Below, in pieces: positions 42,009-55,343 of a stretch of DNA of 64,000 nucleotides. The notes beneath the pieces were generated by a model. The model saw only the letters and a list, made by a program, of their open reading frames with translations, searched no databases and was not told the origin of the DNA. The stretch is from Camelus dromedarius (taxonomy: Eukaryota): the NCBI RefSeq assembly GCF_036321535.1, contig NC_087437.1, forward strand, positions 52,454,001 through 52,518,000, written 5' to 3'. A program made the position numbers and the translations under genes. Each line of letters starts with the position of its first letter. Within the stretch, counting starts at the first letter, position 1.

Positions 42009-43343
42009 CTATAAAACAAGCCAGGAAAGTGGAACATTAACATGTATTATATAAATGTAAAAGCAATTGGGGAGGTCGTGAGGACAGCAGTTTGACTGCC
42101 ACCGCCACTGAGACAATCCCCCTCATACCCACTCCCACGGGGAGGACCTGCAGGGCCACCAGAGCAGGGCTTCTCACTCCTGGCACCTACCATAGCTTGC
42201 TCGCAACCCTAGGTCTAAGAGCTGGGGCTTGCAAAAGGACCCTACATTGGCTTTTCCCCCTTTCTACTGATATTACATCAGCCAGCCCTGGTTCTCAGAA
42301 GCAAGGGTGGGGGTGTGGGGAGTGACACACACTGGGTGGACTAAAAATAGCACTGTATTTTTCAGTAATACATTCATTTTCTAGATTAAAACAGATTCAG
42401 TTTTATGCCTAGAACAGCATCACTTTTGCAAAGCAATGTGCTTTCTTGAAGAACTAAAAACGAGCCTGTAAATTGCGCAGAACTTGGACTTGCCATGTGA
42501 CTATGTCAACAAGCAGGGGAACATCCTCCTTCATGTCTGTGCCTGCAGGAATGAGGCTGAGTGCATCTGTGGGGCCCCTCTCTCTCCTCTGTTCCCACCG
42601 CTAGAAAGTGGCCTCCACATCCTGACTTAATTGATCTGGAGTGGGACCCAGGCATCAGTATTTTTTAAAAGCTCCCTAGGTGAGTCTAGTTCACAATCAA
42701 GGTTGAGAACCCCTTATCTATAGTATGCCCTGATGTTAACTTGAGTTTTTCCTTTGGGAACCATTAGGAAAGTCTCATGACCAGCCAAAGTCCTCACCAC
42801 CTGAAATATTTCCACAAACCTTTAGCAAATATCCAAGCAGCCTTCACAGTGTCTGTTACCCCAGCCCACCCCTGCGTGTGTGTCTCTGTACACAGAACCA
42901 GAGTGTGGCCTGAGGGCATTTACAGGCTCGACCTGTTAGAAAGGATCACCCTGCAAGAGCCTCCCCCAGCAGAGGGGTTGTTGTGCATGGAGAGGGGCTT
43001 CCGGTCCCCATGGGAGCAGGCTACACAAGGTGACTGTGCCTGGGTGAGCTTGGAAACTGTTCTGGAACCTCTTTTTTTCTTTTTTCTTTAGCTAGAATAG
43101 AATGTCCAGGGAGGTTGCACTACCTTCTGGATGAAACCCTATATAGATTACTTTTTGAACACTGTTTATTATTAGGAGACTCCAGAATACTTCACAGAAC
43201 ACATTGGCTAGAAAAAACTAACTAAATAATTTTTTAAAAAACACACCATTTGGTGGCTCATTTTTAGATGGTAAAATGGTGCTAGGATTCTACCAAAAAT
43301 CAGCTTTTTGGTAATCAGAGGGGAAACTGCTTGTTGGACTTAC

Positions 43344-43511
43344 CCAGAATGGGACAGGACTGTGTCTGTGGTGTGCCGCAGCTGACACACTTGCCATTCC
43401 GGTAATCGCGGTAGGAGTCACAGGGATATGCAGTGATGGTGCAGTTCTCTCTCAGGGAAGAAAGGTACAGATACACGGACCTCTGGTGGTCACACTTAAA
43501 ATACTGCATTC
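43344..43511 (-). CDS. LIPH: LIPH exon 6, 168 nt (catalytic His)
   Basis: caaccaag|GA ATG CAG; (G)[55 protein letters not shown](G); donor G|gtaagt. Confidence 0.94.
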
Positions 43512-43654
43512 CTTGGTTGTAGAGGGAATGATCAAAGAGTAGAGCAGTTGTAACATTTAATAAGAGATAGATAACATTGTAAATCGACTATATTTCCATG
43601 AAAATAATAATAAATAGGGCATCACATACAGTTTACATACACACTGTATCATGT

Positions 43655-43885
43655 CTCCCATACACCAGGCACTGTGCTAACAGCTTCAGTGTATTTGTTT
43701 TCATTTAATCCTTATAAAAACCAATAGATCAGGTCTCGTGGTGGCAAGTGGCAGGAGAAAAGAAGATAGGCAAGCTTATCCCCATTTTACCTAGCAGGAC
43801 ATTGAGACTCAGAGAAGCTAAATGACTTGACCAAAGTCACACAGCTATTATGTGGAGGAATCAGGATTCAACCTACATCCTGCCT
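43655..43885 (-). mobile_element. MIR SINE (copy B of a highly similar pair)
   Basis: ccaggcactgtgcta...atccccattttac...cttgaccaaagtcacacagct. Confidence 0.7.
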
Positions 43886-46038
43886 TTGTCAGTGAAAGGA
43901 GGAGAAAATTTCAAGGCAGTCAGAGATCCCCTAGAGGTTTTCAGCAGAAGGCAAGCACACTTAAACTAGTAAAGACATCGGAGAAAGAAGGGATTGGGAA
44001 GTAACTGGCAGAAGAAGATCCCCAAGTAGGGCAAGGAGAGGAGAGAGCTGTGAAAAGGATGGGGGATGCCTCCTCCACCCTGGGTCAGAAGGGAACATGA
44101 AGGTAAAGAGCAACCTTGTGATCTCAGATTCAAATAGATAAAGTGGCTCCTTCAGGTGGGACCTTGATCTCGGTACAAAAGTCAAATCTAGGATTTATAG
44201 GTGGGAAGGCATTTGGAATGGAAGCATGAGGAGTGATCACAGGGAGTCAGCAAGAGATAAACATGAGGATTTTCCAGCATCATTGAGAACCGTGGAGAAG
44301 TTAGCAAGTTTGTCTGGATCTTGCACTCGATCAACAAGACTCCATGATTCCTCCCGAATGTGCCCAAGCCAAGATGGGCATTCATAAGAGGAGCCAAATG
44401 GCAGGGGCTCTGTTTCTGCTACAGAGGTGAAGGGTGAAGTGAGAGAGGTGGAGCCATAGGAGGTGGTGGTGGAAGCCATAAATGGGCAAGAAGAGGTGAG
44501 AGAGGCAAGCCCCATGTTAGTTCTTGGTGGGTGCCATGTGGTGTGACGGTGAAAGAGGAGGCTGATGAGGCACAGAGATGGGCATCAGAAGAGTTGGAGA
44601 TGATGAAACACTGCAGCACAAAATATCAGAGAGGCTGTCAGAAGGTTGATGGGTCAGATGATGAAGTCATTCAGAAATGGGAACTGGGTCCCAAAGATGG
44701 GTAATCAAAGGAGGTAAGGATCTGAAGAGCAAACAGTGACCCCATGAAAAGAGGAGTTATGATTGTGAGCTAGTAGTTTGGAGAGGTACTGGGTGCCGCA
44801 GTCAGATCGACGTTTTTTTCTTCCTCCAGAGTCTACGTATGTCCATAGAAAAGATCAGTGAAGGACAAAAAGAAATATACTGGGTGAGAGAGGAGAAGCC
44901 TGGGGCCAAGCTGGACTGCAGTACAGTCTGACAAGTCAACATTTAATTATTGTTCCTGAAACTTCCACTTGCAGAAACAAGTTAATAACACTACAGAGGA
45001 TGTCATTTATAAGCAAAGCACATGATCTCTGGATCCTCGTGGATGTAGTTACACTCTAGCACACAGGACGGGATTTGAACACACACATTTATGGTACAAT
45101 AAGGTTGGCCCTACTTATGCCATTCATCTGGATCATTTTCAAACACTACATCATTTCCATGCAGCTGTATACAGCTATCATTTTGTAACAAGATTCATCT
45201 TTTTCTAGAATGATTTCTGTGATTGTTGAACTTCTTTAACAATGGTGAAGTACAGATTCAGAGCACTTAGGGATGAGTTTTTTTAATTCTGTCCTCCCCA
45301 CCACACTTTTATGTTGCCCTCAAACTACTCACTTTCGTTTTGTGAGTTTTTTCTTGTTGTAAAACCAATACATGCTTATTTAGAAAATAAAAAATAATAG
45401 CAAGTTATGATGCAAAAATCACCTAGAAACCTAATATCCAGAGATCACCACTAATAATTACTGGGGAGCATTTATGTTTAGTCTTTTTTTTCTATAGCTA
45501 CACATGTACAAATATACATCTAAAAAACAAGGTGGGATTATACTGTATAATTTTGTATCTTATTCAGTTAACATCATATTGTAAGCATTTTCATTAACCT
45601 GACAATGTGATTTTTAAGAATTATATTCTTTTGTGTGGGTGTACCGTACTATTTAATAATTTTCCTATGTTGGACATTTAGATTGTTTCTAAAAACTTAA
45701 CTATTATAAATAATGTTGCGTTGAATATCTTTGCACTCTGATTTTTCACTACATTTTCCATTATTTCTCTGGGAGAGATTTCCAGATGTGGAGTTTCTAG
45801 GTCAAAAACACACCCTTTCAAAAGAGAGAAATAATTCATAATAGCTTATAATCATATGGTTATGTTTTTTTTAAAGTAGTATATTTGAATAATAATGTTT
45901 AATTTATATTTATACCACCTCTGTCTTCTCAGGAAATATGTTCTCTATTAAAATGATTGCACATAGAATAATATCAGATTTTTTAAATACACTTTTTTTA
46001 AACCACCATTTTACAAAATATAAAGTATCTGCACTTAC

Positions 46039-46128
46039 CTCCAAATATTGTTTGGGGACAGCCAGGTTGATCCAATCCTCCATTTGGGTAGAAATCTATG
46101 TTCCCTAATGGTTCCTTGTAGCCCAGTG
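46039..46128 (-). CDS. LIPH: LIPH exon 5, 90 nt
   Basis: ctttttag|CA CTG GGC; (A)[29 protein letters not shown](G); donor G|gtaagt. Confidence 0.95.
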
Positions 46129-47610
46129 CTAAAAAGAGAATATACTATGTTCTTATACTGCTTTGAATTTTCCCCATCTCATAGCTCATTTGCCTATAGG
46201 ACAGGCAGGGATTGTATTATTATTGTTGTTGTTGCTGCTATGGTGGTTGTTGTTACACTTATTTAAATATTTTACCCAAAGTTACCCAGATAGTTAGTTA
46301 GAAAGCAATGATTTCCAACTAGGAGACAAAGAAGATGGTAATGGAATTTATTTATAATATTTCTGAAGATGTAAGAGAGTTTGGTCACTCATTCACCGCG
46401 AGGCTGATAAAATGATGTTTCCTTTTCAATTTGGCCGGAACCTTCTTATTACTGGATACTTCCTGATCCTCTAATTGCATTTGTGTAACTCTTCAATGAG
46501 TAAGAAACAGGAAAAAATGAACTATCATTTAGAAGGGGACCTAAAATTTAAAATTTGGGGACCTAGGATAGTTGAAAGATTGGAAACTCTTCTAGAAATT
46601 GGGGACGTAGAAGACTGTAGCTGGATTTAATAATAGCTTATTCTCTTTACCTTGTAACCCCAAAGTAATCAGTAAAATGCTTGATTAAAAGATTTTGTGT
46701 GTGTGTATAGAACATCACTGCAATAATACTAATAGCCATTAAAGATTGAGAACCTACATGTGTCTGTGGGCATGATAGTAGGGGTTTTACATAGCTTTCT
46801 TCTAATTTTCACAATGTTGAAAAAGTAGCCATTTTAAAATTCAAATGAAGTAAGTTACAGATGAAGATGCTGGGGCTCAGAGGACTTATGGAATAAACAT
46901 GACACCACCAGAAAGAACAAAACCTGGAATTTTGAGTCCACCACTGCCTGACTACAAAGCTTATACTTTTTCCCTCAAAATTTGCTTTCTTTCCAAGAAT
47001 GAAAAGTAAATTACTCAATGCCATCAGGCATTAAAATGGCATTGAAGTACTGCACTTAAGGAAGGGAATACTTTGCAAACTACACAGTAAGAACGCAGCT
47101 ATTTCACAAAGCTGTTTCTTCTAAGACAAATAATTGCTGAGTACCACACCAGAGCGCCCATGATAGGCAGTCAAAGGTTTTTCAGGTGGCTGTATCACAG
47201 AGAGGGTGTACTATGAAATGACCACTCTGCTCTGTTCCCTCAGCCCTCCCCAAGTTCCTACTCTAGCTCTTTCCCCAGACATCTGGTTGTAAAGACCATC
47301 TTTAACATCAGCCCGACGCCCAAGCCATGTGCCCAATCCTGGATATGAAATCAACACCGTCAAAGACAGAACTGGCCAGAAAGAGCCACAGAGAGCTGGA
47401 GAGCTCTAGGTGGTTCAGAGGCGCTCTGTGTGGTGAGACACAACACTTGAATGTACATTTCAGCTTAGGGAAATAATGAGAAAGAACCAACAAAAACAGG
47501 AAATCATGCATCCAAACCCCATTGCACTTATGGAAGTATCTGTCCACATGGTGTACAAATCGGCCTGTCCTTGATTGGTCAAGATGGTAACTTTAAAAAT
47601 AAGACGAGAT

Positions 47611-47740
47611 GAGGGGGAGGATGTAGCTCAAGTAGTGGAGTACATGCTTAGCGTGCACAAGGTCCTGGGTTCAATCCTCCTCTAAGAAAATAAATAAATA
47701 AACAAACACACCTAATTACCTCCCCCCAAAAATAAAAAAT
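47611..47740 (+). mobile_element. tRNA-derived camelid-type SINE, longer variant
   Basis: gggggaggatgtagctcaagtagtggag...ggtcctgggttcaatcc...cctaattacctcccccc; flanked by aaaaataag on both sides. Confidence 0.85.
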
Positions 47741-47918
47741 AAGGACAGCACCTCCATCCCGCAGGAGATCCTGGGTGCCTGCATTAAGCCCGCTTCCCTC
47801 CAATATAGGAAAAGAGGGACTCTGGCAGAACCTGATCTGCCTCTGCATGAGGATCCCCTCAGGGGGAGACTCTTTGGGAGTCTGGGGGCTCACTGACCCA
47901 CCAGGACAGGAATGTTAC

Positions 47919-48020
47919 CATCAATGTCGGAATGGATGACATCAATGAACTGTGCGTCACCGGGATCTAATCTGTCCTCTGGAGGTTTCCCGTTGAATAA
48001 AGGGCCCGCAGGGTCCAGAC
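47919..48020 (-). CDS. LIPH: LIPH exon 4, 102 nt (catalytic Asp)
   Basis: tccttccag|GT CTG GAC; (G)[33 protein letters not shown](A); donor G|gtaaca. Confidence 0.96.
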
Positions 48021-50000
48021 CTGGAAGGAAAACAGAGTCAGCTTGGCAGCCCCACACCATGAGTCACCTGCAGCCTGGCTTTTGATCCCTCCCCGTGAGA
48101 ACGGCTCCCAGGCTGCAGGGCACCCTCCGGTGGGCAAGCACTCACATTCCAATCCTGCTTTGTCAGGCTCCTCTCCACAGCCCCGTAGCCTTTTCCCACA
48201 GCAGAGGTGGTTACCCTGGCAGTGCATCCAGACTCCACAAGGAGGTCTGTTTTGTGCCAGGCTTCACAGCAGGGAATGCACAGACATATGGGGACCAGGA
48301 CATGGGGATAAACTGGTTCCTCAGGAACAAAGCATCTAAGGGTGCATATAAAAAGCAGACACTATACTTATCTTTATCCCATTTTAAATATTCCAGAAAC
48401 CTCATTCAACTTTTGTTTCTTGTTGTTACTAAAACTCCTTTACTGTTTCCATTTTAATTCAGTTACTAGTTCACATAGTCCACCACACAGGCCTTGTGAG
48501 GGAGGTAGAGTAGCTGTTATCATTCCCATTTTACAAATGAATGAACTGAGGTTCGAGGAGATCAAGTGTCTTAACTAGGACCAGAGCCTCACAATGCAAC
48601 CACCTCTCTCTGTTGAGCTTTTGATTTCACTGAACTGGGTTTGGCAAACTCAGTGGGAAACTGTGAGATCCATTGGTCAGGCCAAGTATTAGACTAGGTA
48701 ACGAAGAGGGAAATAAAATGGGTGTCAGTACCTGCAGAGTTAACCCACCGTATAAATGCCTGAACTGATTTCCTGCCCTTGGTCAACGCCATCTGGATAT
48801 TCCTCACCATCACTATGAAACAGCCGTAAAAACAAGAGAGCCGCTCCTATGATGATGTAACCACAAACTAAAAACAAAACACCAGAGGATCCAGGAGGCC
48901 TTGCTAACTAGAAACTTACCTGGAGAGAAAAAGGTTTCAAGGAATGTCTCCAAGTTTTTATCTATGAAGGTTATTTTAAATGACATCAATCCCTCAGTGC
49001 TATGAAATCCAAGAGATGGCATCTTTGTCTCTGCATTCCTGGTTCTAGCCTCAATCTCTCCATTTCTCCTCAGCCAACACCCTTGCTTCTCATGTCTTTA
49101 TCTGCCTCCTTTTCTTATCTCCCTCTCATTCCCCCCATCCAGTTTTTCTTTCTCTTCTGTCTGCTCCCAACTAAACTGTTGTGGGAGGAGGTGGATCAAA
49201 ACCCAGGCACCCAAGTCCACAGGATGTTCTCAGCACAGCGTGAGAAACTCACAACGTTGGAAAGAGTTTGCTGGAGAAGCCTCCCCCTCCTCATGTGAAA
49301 CAGCACCCCTTCCAGTCTGAGAAAATGAATAGTGAGAGCCCCAGCTTGTAGCAGCCTCCAGATCCATGGTGGATAAATCGGTTTACCATGTAAAGTCCAA
49401 ACCAGGGCAATTTTGAAAGTGATGAGGGTGCTGTTAATAATTATACCAGAACAGAAGACACAAATGGGGACAGTCATGGTAAACTTGGATGTAAGATCCT
49501 AGAGATAAGCCATAGCAAATGATCGGCTCCCACTGTCAGCCAAAAATCACAAACTGTCCTAAAAAGCTGCAGATTTTGTGAGCAGAGACCACTGGAGTCA
49601 GGTAGATGTGACATGGCACCCTGAACTTTGGGCTAACCAGCTGAGTGAGCTTAGGGAGGTTACTTTACTTCTCTGAACCTCAGTTTCCTTATCTGCAACA
49701 TGGAGATAGAATTAATTGCTACTTCAGAAGACTTATAAAAGGACTCCTGGATCTGAATCCAGAATATTCTGAGATTATTATAGAATAGAGACAAAATCAG
49801 AAAGTGGAACTCTTTCTTGCTGTTCTGCAATCACCAGAAAAGTGTGTAGCTAGTGATCCCTGGCATTGATTGCAAGATTATCCAGTCCGAGAATTTGATG
49901 AAAGCTCTGGACCTCTCCCCAGGACAGATGTCAAACATTTTGCATGCAGTTTCAGGGGCTTCTTACTCCCATCCCCAAGGTCACTGTGAACTTGCTAAGG

Positions 50001-50346
50001 CAGTGCTGTCCAACAGAAATATAATGTAAAAAAAAAAAAAAGAAATATAATGTGAGCCACATTTATAATTTAAAAATTTTTAGCAACCTCTTAAAAAAGT
50101 AAAAAGAAACAAGAAAAATTTTAATAATACATTATATTTAACCCAGTTTATTTAACCCAGTATACCCACAATATTATCATTTAAATAATATTAAAATTTT
50201 TGAGATTTTTAAATATTCTTTTTTTGTACCTAGTCTTCAAAATCCAGTGTATGTTTTGAACTTATAGCACATCTCAGTTCATATTAGCAGCATTTCAGGT
50301 GATCGGTGGCACATGTGGCTCTTGGCTACCATATCAGACAACACAG
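50001..50346. mobile_element. MER33-like hAT-Charlie element
   Basis: cagtgctgtccaacagaaatataatgtgagccacat...acatgtggctcttggctaccatatcagacaacacag termini. Confidence 0.75.
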
Positions 50347-50351
50347 CTCTA

Positions 50352-50505
50352 TGGTCATTTCTTAAAGTGTGGTGTCCAGACCACCTGCATCTTCTGGTTA
50401 AAAGTACAGAATCCTGGACTCTAACCTCAGAGATTCCAATTCAGCAAGTCAGCATTGTATCCGGCACCCCAAGGTGATTTATTGCACCCTGAAGTTTAAG
50501 AATCA
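50352..50505. mobile_element. MER5-like hAT-Charlie fragment
   Basis: ttcttaaagtgtggtgtccagaccacctgcatc...aagtttaagaatca. Confidence 0.55.
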
Positions 50506-51785
50506 AATTTAATGTTATCAAATGATGTAGGTACTTGAAATGTTTTTAAATCCATTCTTCTTCTGCCATCTTCTGTTGAAGGAGTTAATGAAAAGTAAAA
50601 TCCCGAGATGTGCCAGAAGAAAAGCAGAAGGAAGGAAGAAGAGAAGACAAAAAGGGAAATGGGCCCCTTTATTCACAGAACTACGTAGGAGTGTAATATG
50701 CGTGCAGTGGTATAATAATGCAGAACTATGGGAAAGAATGACAAGACATAGCTGCTCAATAAACAATGAAAAACCTAACAGTCAAACTTTTTACCCTAAG
50801 TATTGACCTCTCTCAACCATCAGTACTGTTCTAGGGTGTGATAGCTTAGGAGTGAATATAATTTGAACTTAATGCATGTTTAGAAGGGGTCTAAAATTCA
50901 GAACCAGGCAGACCCATCTCCTCTGACCTTAAATATAGTCCTAAAGTCCATTGCTTGAGGAAACTGGATCCCAAAGGTTACAGGTGGAGGAATTTTGAAG
51001 TGTGTCCATATTCCACTGGAGATCAAAGAAGCCCAAATGAAAGAATTGTGGCAAGACTGACTGACATGACAACTGTGGACGGAGCAAAAATTCTTTTTGT
51101 AAGGGCTTTCTGAAAGATTATGATTCAAACATTGGGAGACAGAAGGTGATGGATGGTGGAAGGAATCAGAACATGTGAAATATTTAGCCTATATATCACA
51201 TAATTTTAAAAAACCCTTACACTTAAAAAAAAAAAAAGGAGGGGAGGATGGGAGAGAAGCAGCAGCCATTCTGGCCTAGATAATTAGCAAGCAGAACCAC
51301 CCGACGCTCGGGAGCTGGGACAGGATTGTGTCCTTGGGTAACAGGTGGTATTCCTGTTCCACAGCGTGGTGATCCCACTCAGGCAAGGCAGTGGGAGGTG
51401 AGCGGGGAAGAGAAACGCTTTACTCCTATAACAGCTCTCAGGGACAGGTGAGACTGACCTTGGGCTCCGAGATGATGAGGAATTGGGAGACCATGGGGCA
51501 GTCAGAGAAGACAGAACTTTGAGCTGTGGTCTGTTGGCTAAGTCCAGGCCACAGAGTAGGGCCAGAAGGGAGGCTGGCTTGGGGAATTTCCATGGTCAGA
51601 GACCAGGTTACAGTGCATTCACATTCAAAGTAGTCAAGGAAACAGGTTCGCTGGGAGGCTGAATTGCAAAATGGCAGGGGGTGGTGTTTGCCGGTAGAAT
51701 ACGGTAGTCACGGCAGTCGTGGGCTAGAGGAACGCCCCTGCCCCGGCACCAGCACAGCCCTGGAGAGAGCAGATTTTGCTTATCT

Positions 51786-51926
51786 TTTATTTTGTGTGTG
51801 TGGTGGCGGGGCGAAGGGTGGGAGGAGGCAGGTAATTAGGTCTATTTATTTATTTACTTTAAGAGGAAGTGCTAGGGATTGAACCCAGGACCTCATGCAT
51901 GCTGAGCTATACCCTCCTCCCTTAGG
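51786..51926 (-). mobile_element. tRNA-derived camelid-type SINE, internally deleted, 12-bp TSD
   Basis: ggtaattagg...gggattgaacccaggacc...gagctataccctcc; TSD ttttgcttatct at 51774-51785 and 51927-51938. Confidence 0.85.
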
Positions 51927-52444
51927 TTTTGCTTATCTCCTCCCAGACTTTGTGGTTAGTGATGTCAGGTCAGTAGCTTAAAATCAGCCACAGTGGGAGT
52001 AGGTACACCATGGAAATGCAGTATATCCGCAAATGCTATAAATCCGAACCTTTTTTTCCCCTCTTTTCTTTTCCTTCCTTTTTTCTCTTCTTTTTTCTTT
52101 CTTCCTCCATCCCTCCCTCTCTTTCTTTCCTTTTTTTCTTTCTTTCGAGGATCAACTGCAAACACAACACTGGGAAAGGTCCTACACACCAGAAGAGAAA
52201 CTCCCAATAGATAAGGAAAACAAGCAAACTCAAGTCATCTATCCTTTGTACACAGAAAGGAAAGTAAACTTTTAAAAAATAAAGACATTATAGTAATCAT
52301 TTTAAAAACTAAGAAAGAACTTTGCTTCCCTAGGAATGCAGGTAAATAAGATGAGGGCAACCTTAACCTTTGGGGTGAAAGTGAGAAAAAAAATAGCCAG
52401 GAAAAAGAATGTGATCTCAAGTATCAGGGCTAGAAGAGACACCA

Positions 52445-52445
<1 letters not shown>

Positions 52446-52510
<65 letters not shown>

Positions 52511-52511
52511 A

Positions 52512-52556
<45 letters not shown>
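52446..52556. repeat. Compound (TG)n(AG)n microsatellite
   Basis: Read directly from the sequence. Confidence 0.95.
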
Positions 52557-52560
<4 letters not shown>

Positions 52561-53158
52561 GACTGAGAGAAAGAGGGACTGAAAGAGAGAGAGAGTCTTG
52601 CCCAGGGCCACCTGTCAAGTTAAGCAGCACATTCAAACTTGTGGCTCTAAAAGGTTACCTCCCAAATGTAGTGGATTTGAATCATTTACCTCTCCCCTCC
52701 CTCTGTTCGCTTCTACCTTCGAGATTCCCTAGATTTGAAATGGCTATCCCAGCATCAGGATCGGTTCTGGGAAAGGTAACGGATGCCAAAAGTCTTGGGT
52801 CTCTGAAAGAGAAAGCCTCCCTCAGACCTTCATCCATAGCGGTGGAGAGTTACAGAGCAAATGAACCCAGCAAGGGAATCTTCAGAGTTTTACCTGCTGT
52901 GTTTCTGAGGATTTTCATTCAGCTTTGTTCTGAAAGCTGATATTCAGCGAGTAAGCCCCAGCCATCAAAATTCCCATCTCCTTTTCCTACCATGAGACTC
53001 CAGCTATGCCTGGGGACATATTAGATATGTAGCTCAAATCATCCTGGATTAAATGAAAGGAAGAAGGCTCTCTGCTTGGGGCACACAGATCAAATCCCCA
53101 TGGGACATAGCTGTTTTTGTAGCCATAAGAAAAATATAGTCACCAGCAATCTTTACTA

Positions 53159-53566
<408 letters not shown>

Positions 53567-54032
53567 TTAACTGTTGACTTTGGGGAAACATTTCTAAGCA
53601 CCTTATATCCATTATCTTATGGAAATGTCACAACAGCTCCACAAATTAAGTGGTGTTCTTTTGATTATGCAGAGGAGGAAACTGAACCCAGGGTTGAAGT
53701 CATCTGCCAAGGTCAGGCAGTTGGGGAGGGGACAAGGCAGGATTCAAACCAGTCGGTCCAGCTCCAAACCTGTGCCTTAACCTTTATGCCATAGTGTCTC
53801 CATTCACTCTTCTGCTAGAATCCAAGCCAAGAAGACATCTTTAAGACCTTCCCAATTGAGGAGAAGGGCAACAAAACATTTTGATGAACTCCTTCATCTT
53901 CATGCTGGCTCAATTAATGAGGAAAGGAAAGAAGGAAAAGGGGCAGAGCTGATTGCTAAGAAAGCTGGTCATGAGTAATTTTATTTATTAATTTTTAAAT
54001 TTAAGTTTAAATGTTTAAGTTTTTACCTAACG

Positions 54033-54073
54033 TTCTTGCTTTCTTGCTTTCTTGCTTTCTCTCTCTCTCTCTC

Positions 54074-54166
<93 letters not shown>

Positions 54167-54195
54167 TTCCTTTCTTCCTTTCTTCCTTTCTTTAT
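54033..54195. repeat. (TTTC)n / (CT)n polypyrimidine microsatellite
   Basis: Read directly from the sequence. Confidence 0.95.
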
Positions 54196-54902
54196 TTTTA
54201 ATGAGTCATTTTAATACTCACTTTCCCAAGAGCTGTGGCTTTGATGGGCAGCTCATGTAAAATTTATGTCACCCCTGGCTACCAGATGTAATTCTCTGAA
54301 ATAGTCCTGATACCAAGTCATTTTTAATTTCATGAAAGGGGAAATTCATGAGATAGATTACTAAATTAACTTTAAGATTTATTTCATCTTTCTAAGTCTC
54401 TTCTGAAAAGATAAATCATACCCACACACAAATCTTTCATAAGACCATGTGTATCAGTTTTGGTTTTGGATAATCTGGTCACTAACCTTTTGGCATTTCT
54501 AAGAAAAGGAGGAGCTATAGAAGTTGAGGAAACTCTAGGCATTGAAGCCAGGAAACCCCTAGACAGACCCTCTTCTACCCATAAGATATCTTTATGTGAG
54601 TTAGAAAAAGATGCCCCTTCTTCAGGACACTCTGCCGTCATTCACTAGAAAATTACAGATATATAAATCTACAATGTCTACAGTGACAATGGTGCTCTTA
54701 GATGGGTTCCCTGTGCAGTGCACAACCTGCACAACCATACCTATGGGGCTTAACTCCAGCTCTTCCCTTCACCTTTCCTGAGGCCTTTTCAGATTTGCAA
54801 AATAGTCCTCCTATTCACTGTAGATATCTCTTGGCTTCAAATATCCAGATAATGAGCCAGTTTCAACTTGGCCCAGAATTATCTAAAAGAATTCTCCCTT
54901 AC

Positions 54903-55270
54903 CAGCATTTGGTCGATAAATTCCTTCAAGACTATTGCTACTTTTCTGGTCTTACTAGAGGCATGGTTGTATATTACAGTCGTTGCTCCTCGATTCCAAT
55001 CTACGACAACCACGTTCATGTCTTCTACAGAGAGCAAACCCTCTACTAAGTCCCCTATCCAAACTGGAGGGGAACCTGTTGGCCTGAATCCATGGACAAT
55101 GAAGGTCGTTTTCTTGGTCACGTTCAAGTTCCCCAAAGCTGTGGAGTTGATGGCTTGTGCACAGGTAGGGTTTCTTCTTGTGTAGAGCATCAACTTCACA
55201 TTTAGTCCTGTGCCAACCACTGCACTGTGAAAGCTCAGTTTGGTGAATGAAGGACATTCTTCATCTGTGT
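54903..55270 (-). CDS. LIPH: LIPH exon 2, 368 nt; exon 1 (signal peptide) not found in the window
   Basis: ttattttcag|AC ACA GAT GAA GAA TGT; (D)[31 protein letters not shown]...[11 protein letters not shown]...VVDWNRGAT...EFIDQML; donor CTG|gtaagg. Confidence 0.96.
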
Positions 55271-55343
55271 CTGAAAATAAAAGTTAGAGGACATTGTGAG
55301 GGTTCTTTCCTGAGCTGGGCATTAAGCAAGAGTGATATCCTGG

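Noticed and set aside
52336..52940. ORFs with CVCVCV/ERERER or HTHTHT runs (also at 3089-3459 and 54011-54260)
   Set aside because: These are translations of microsatellites.
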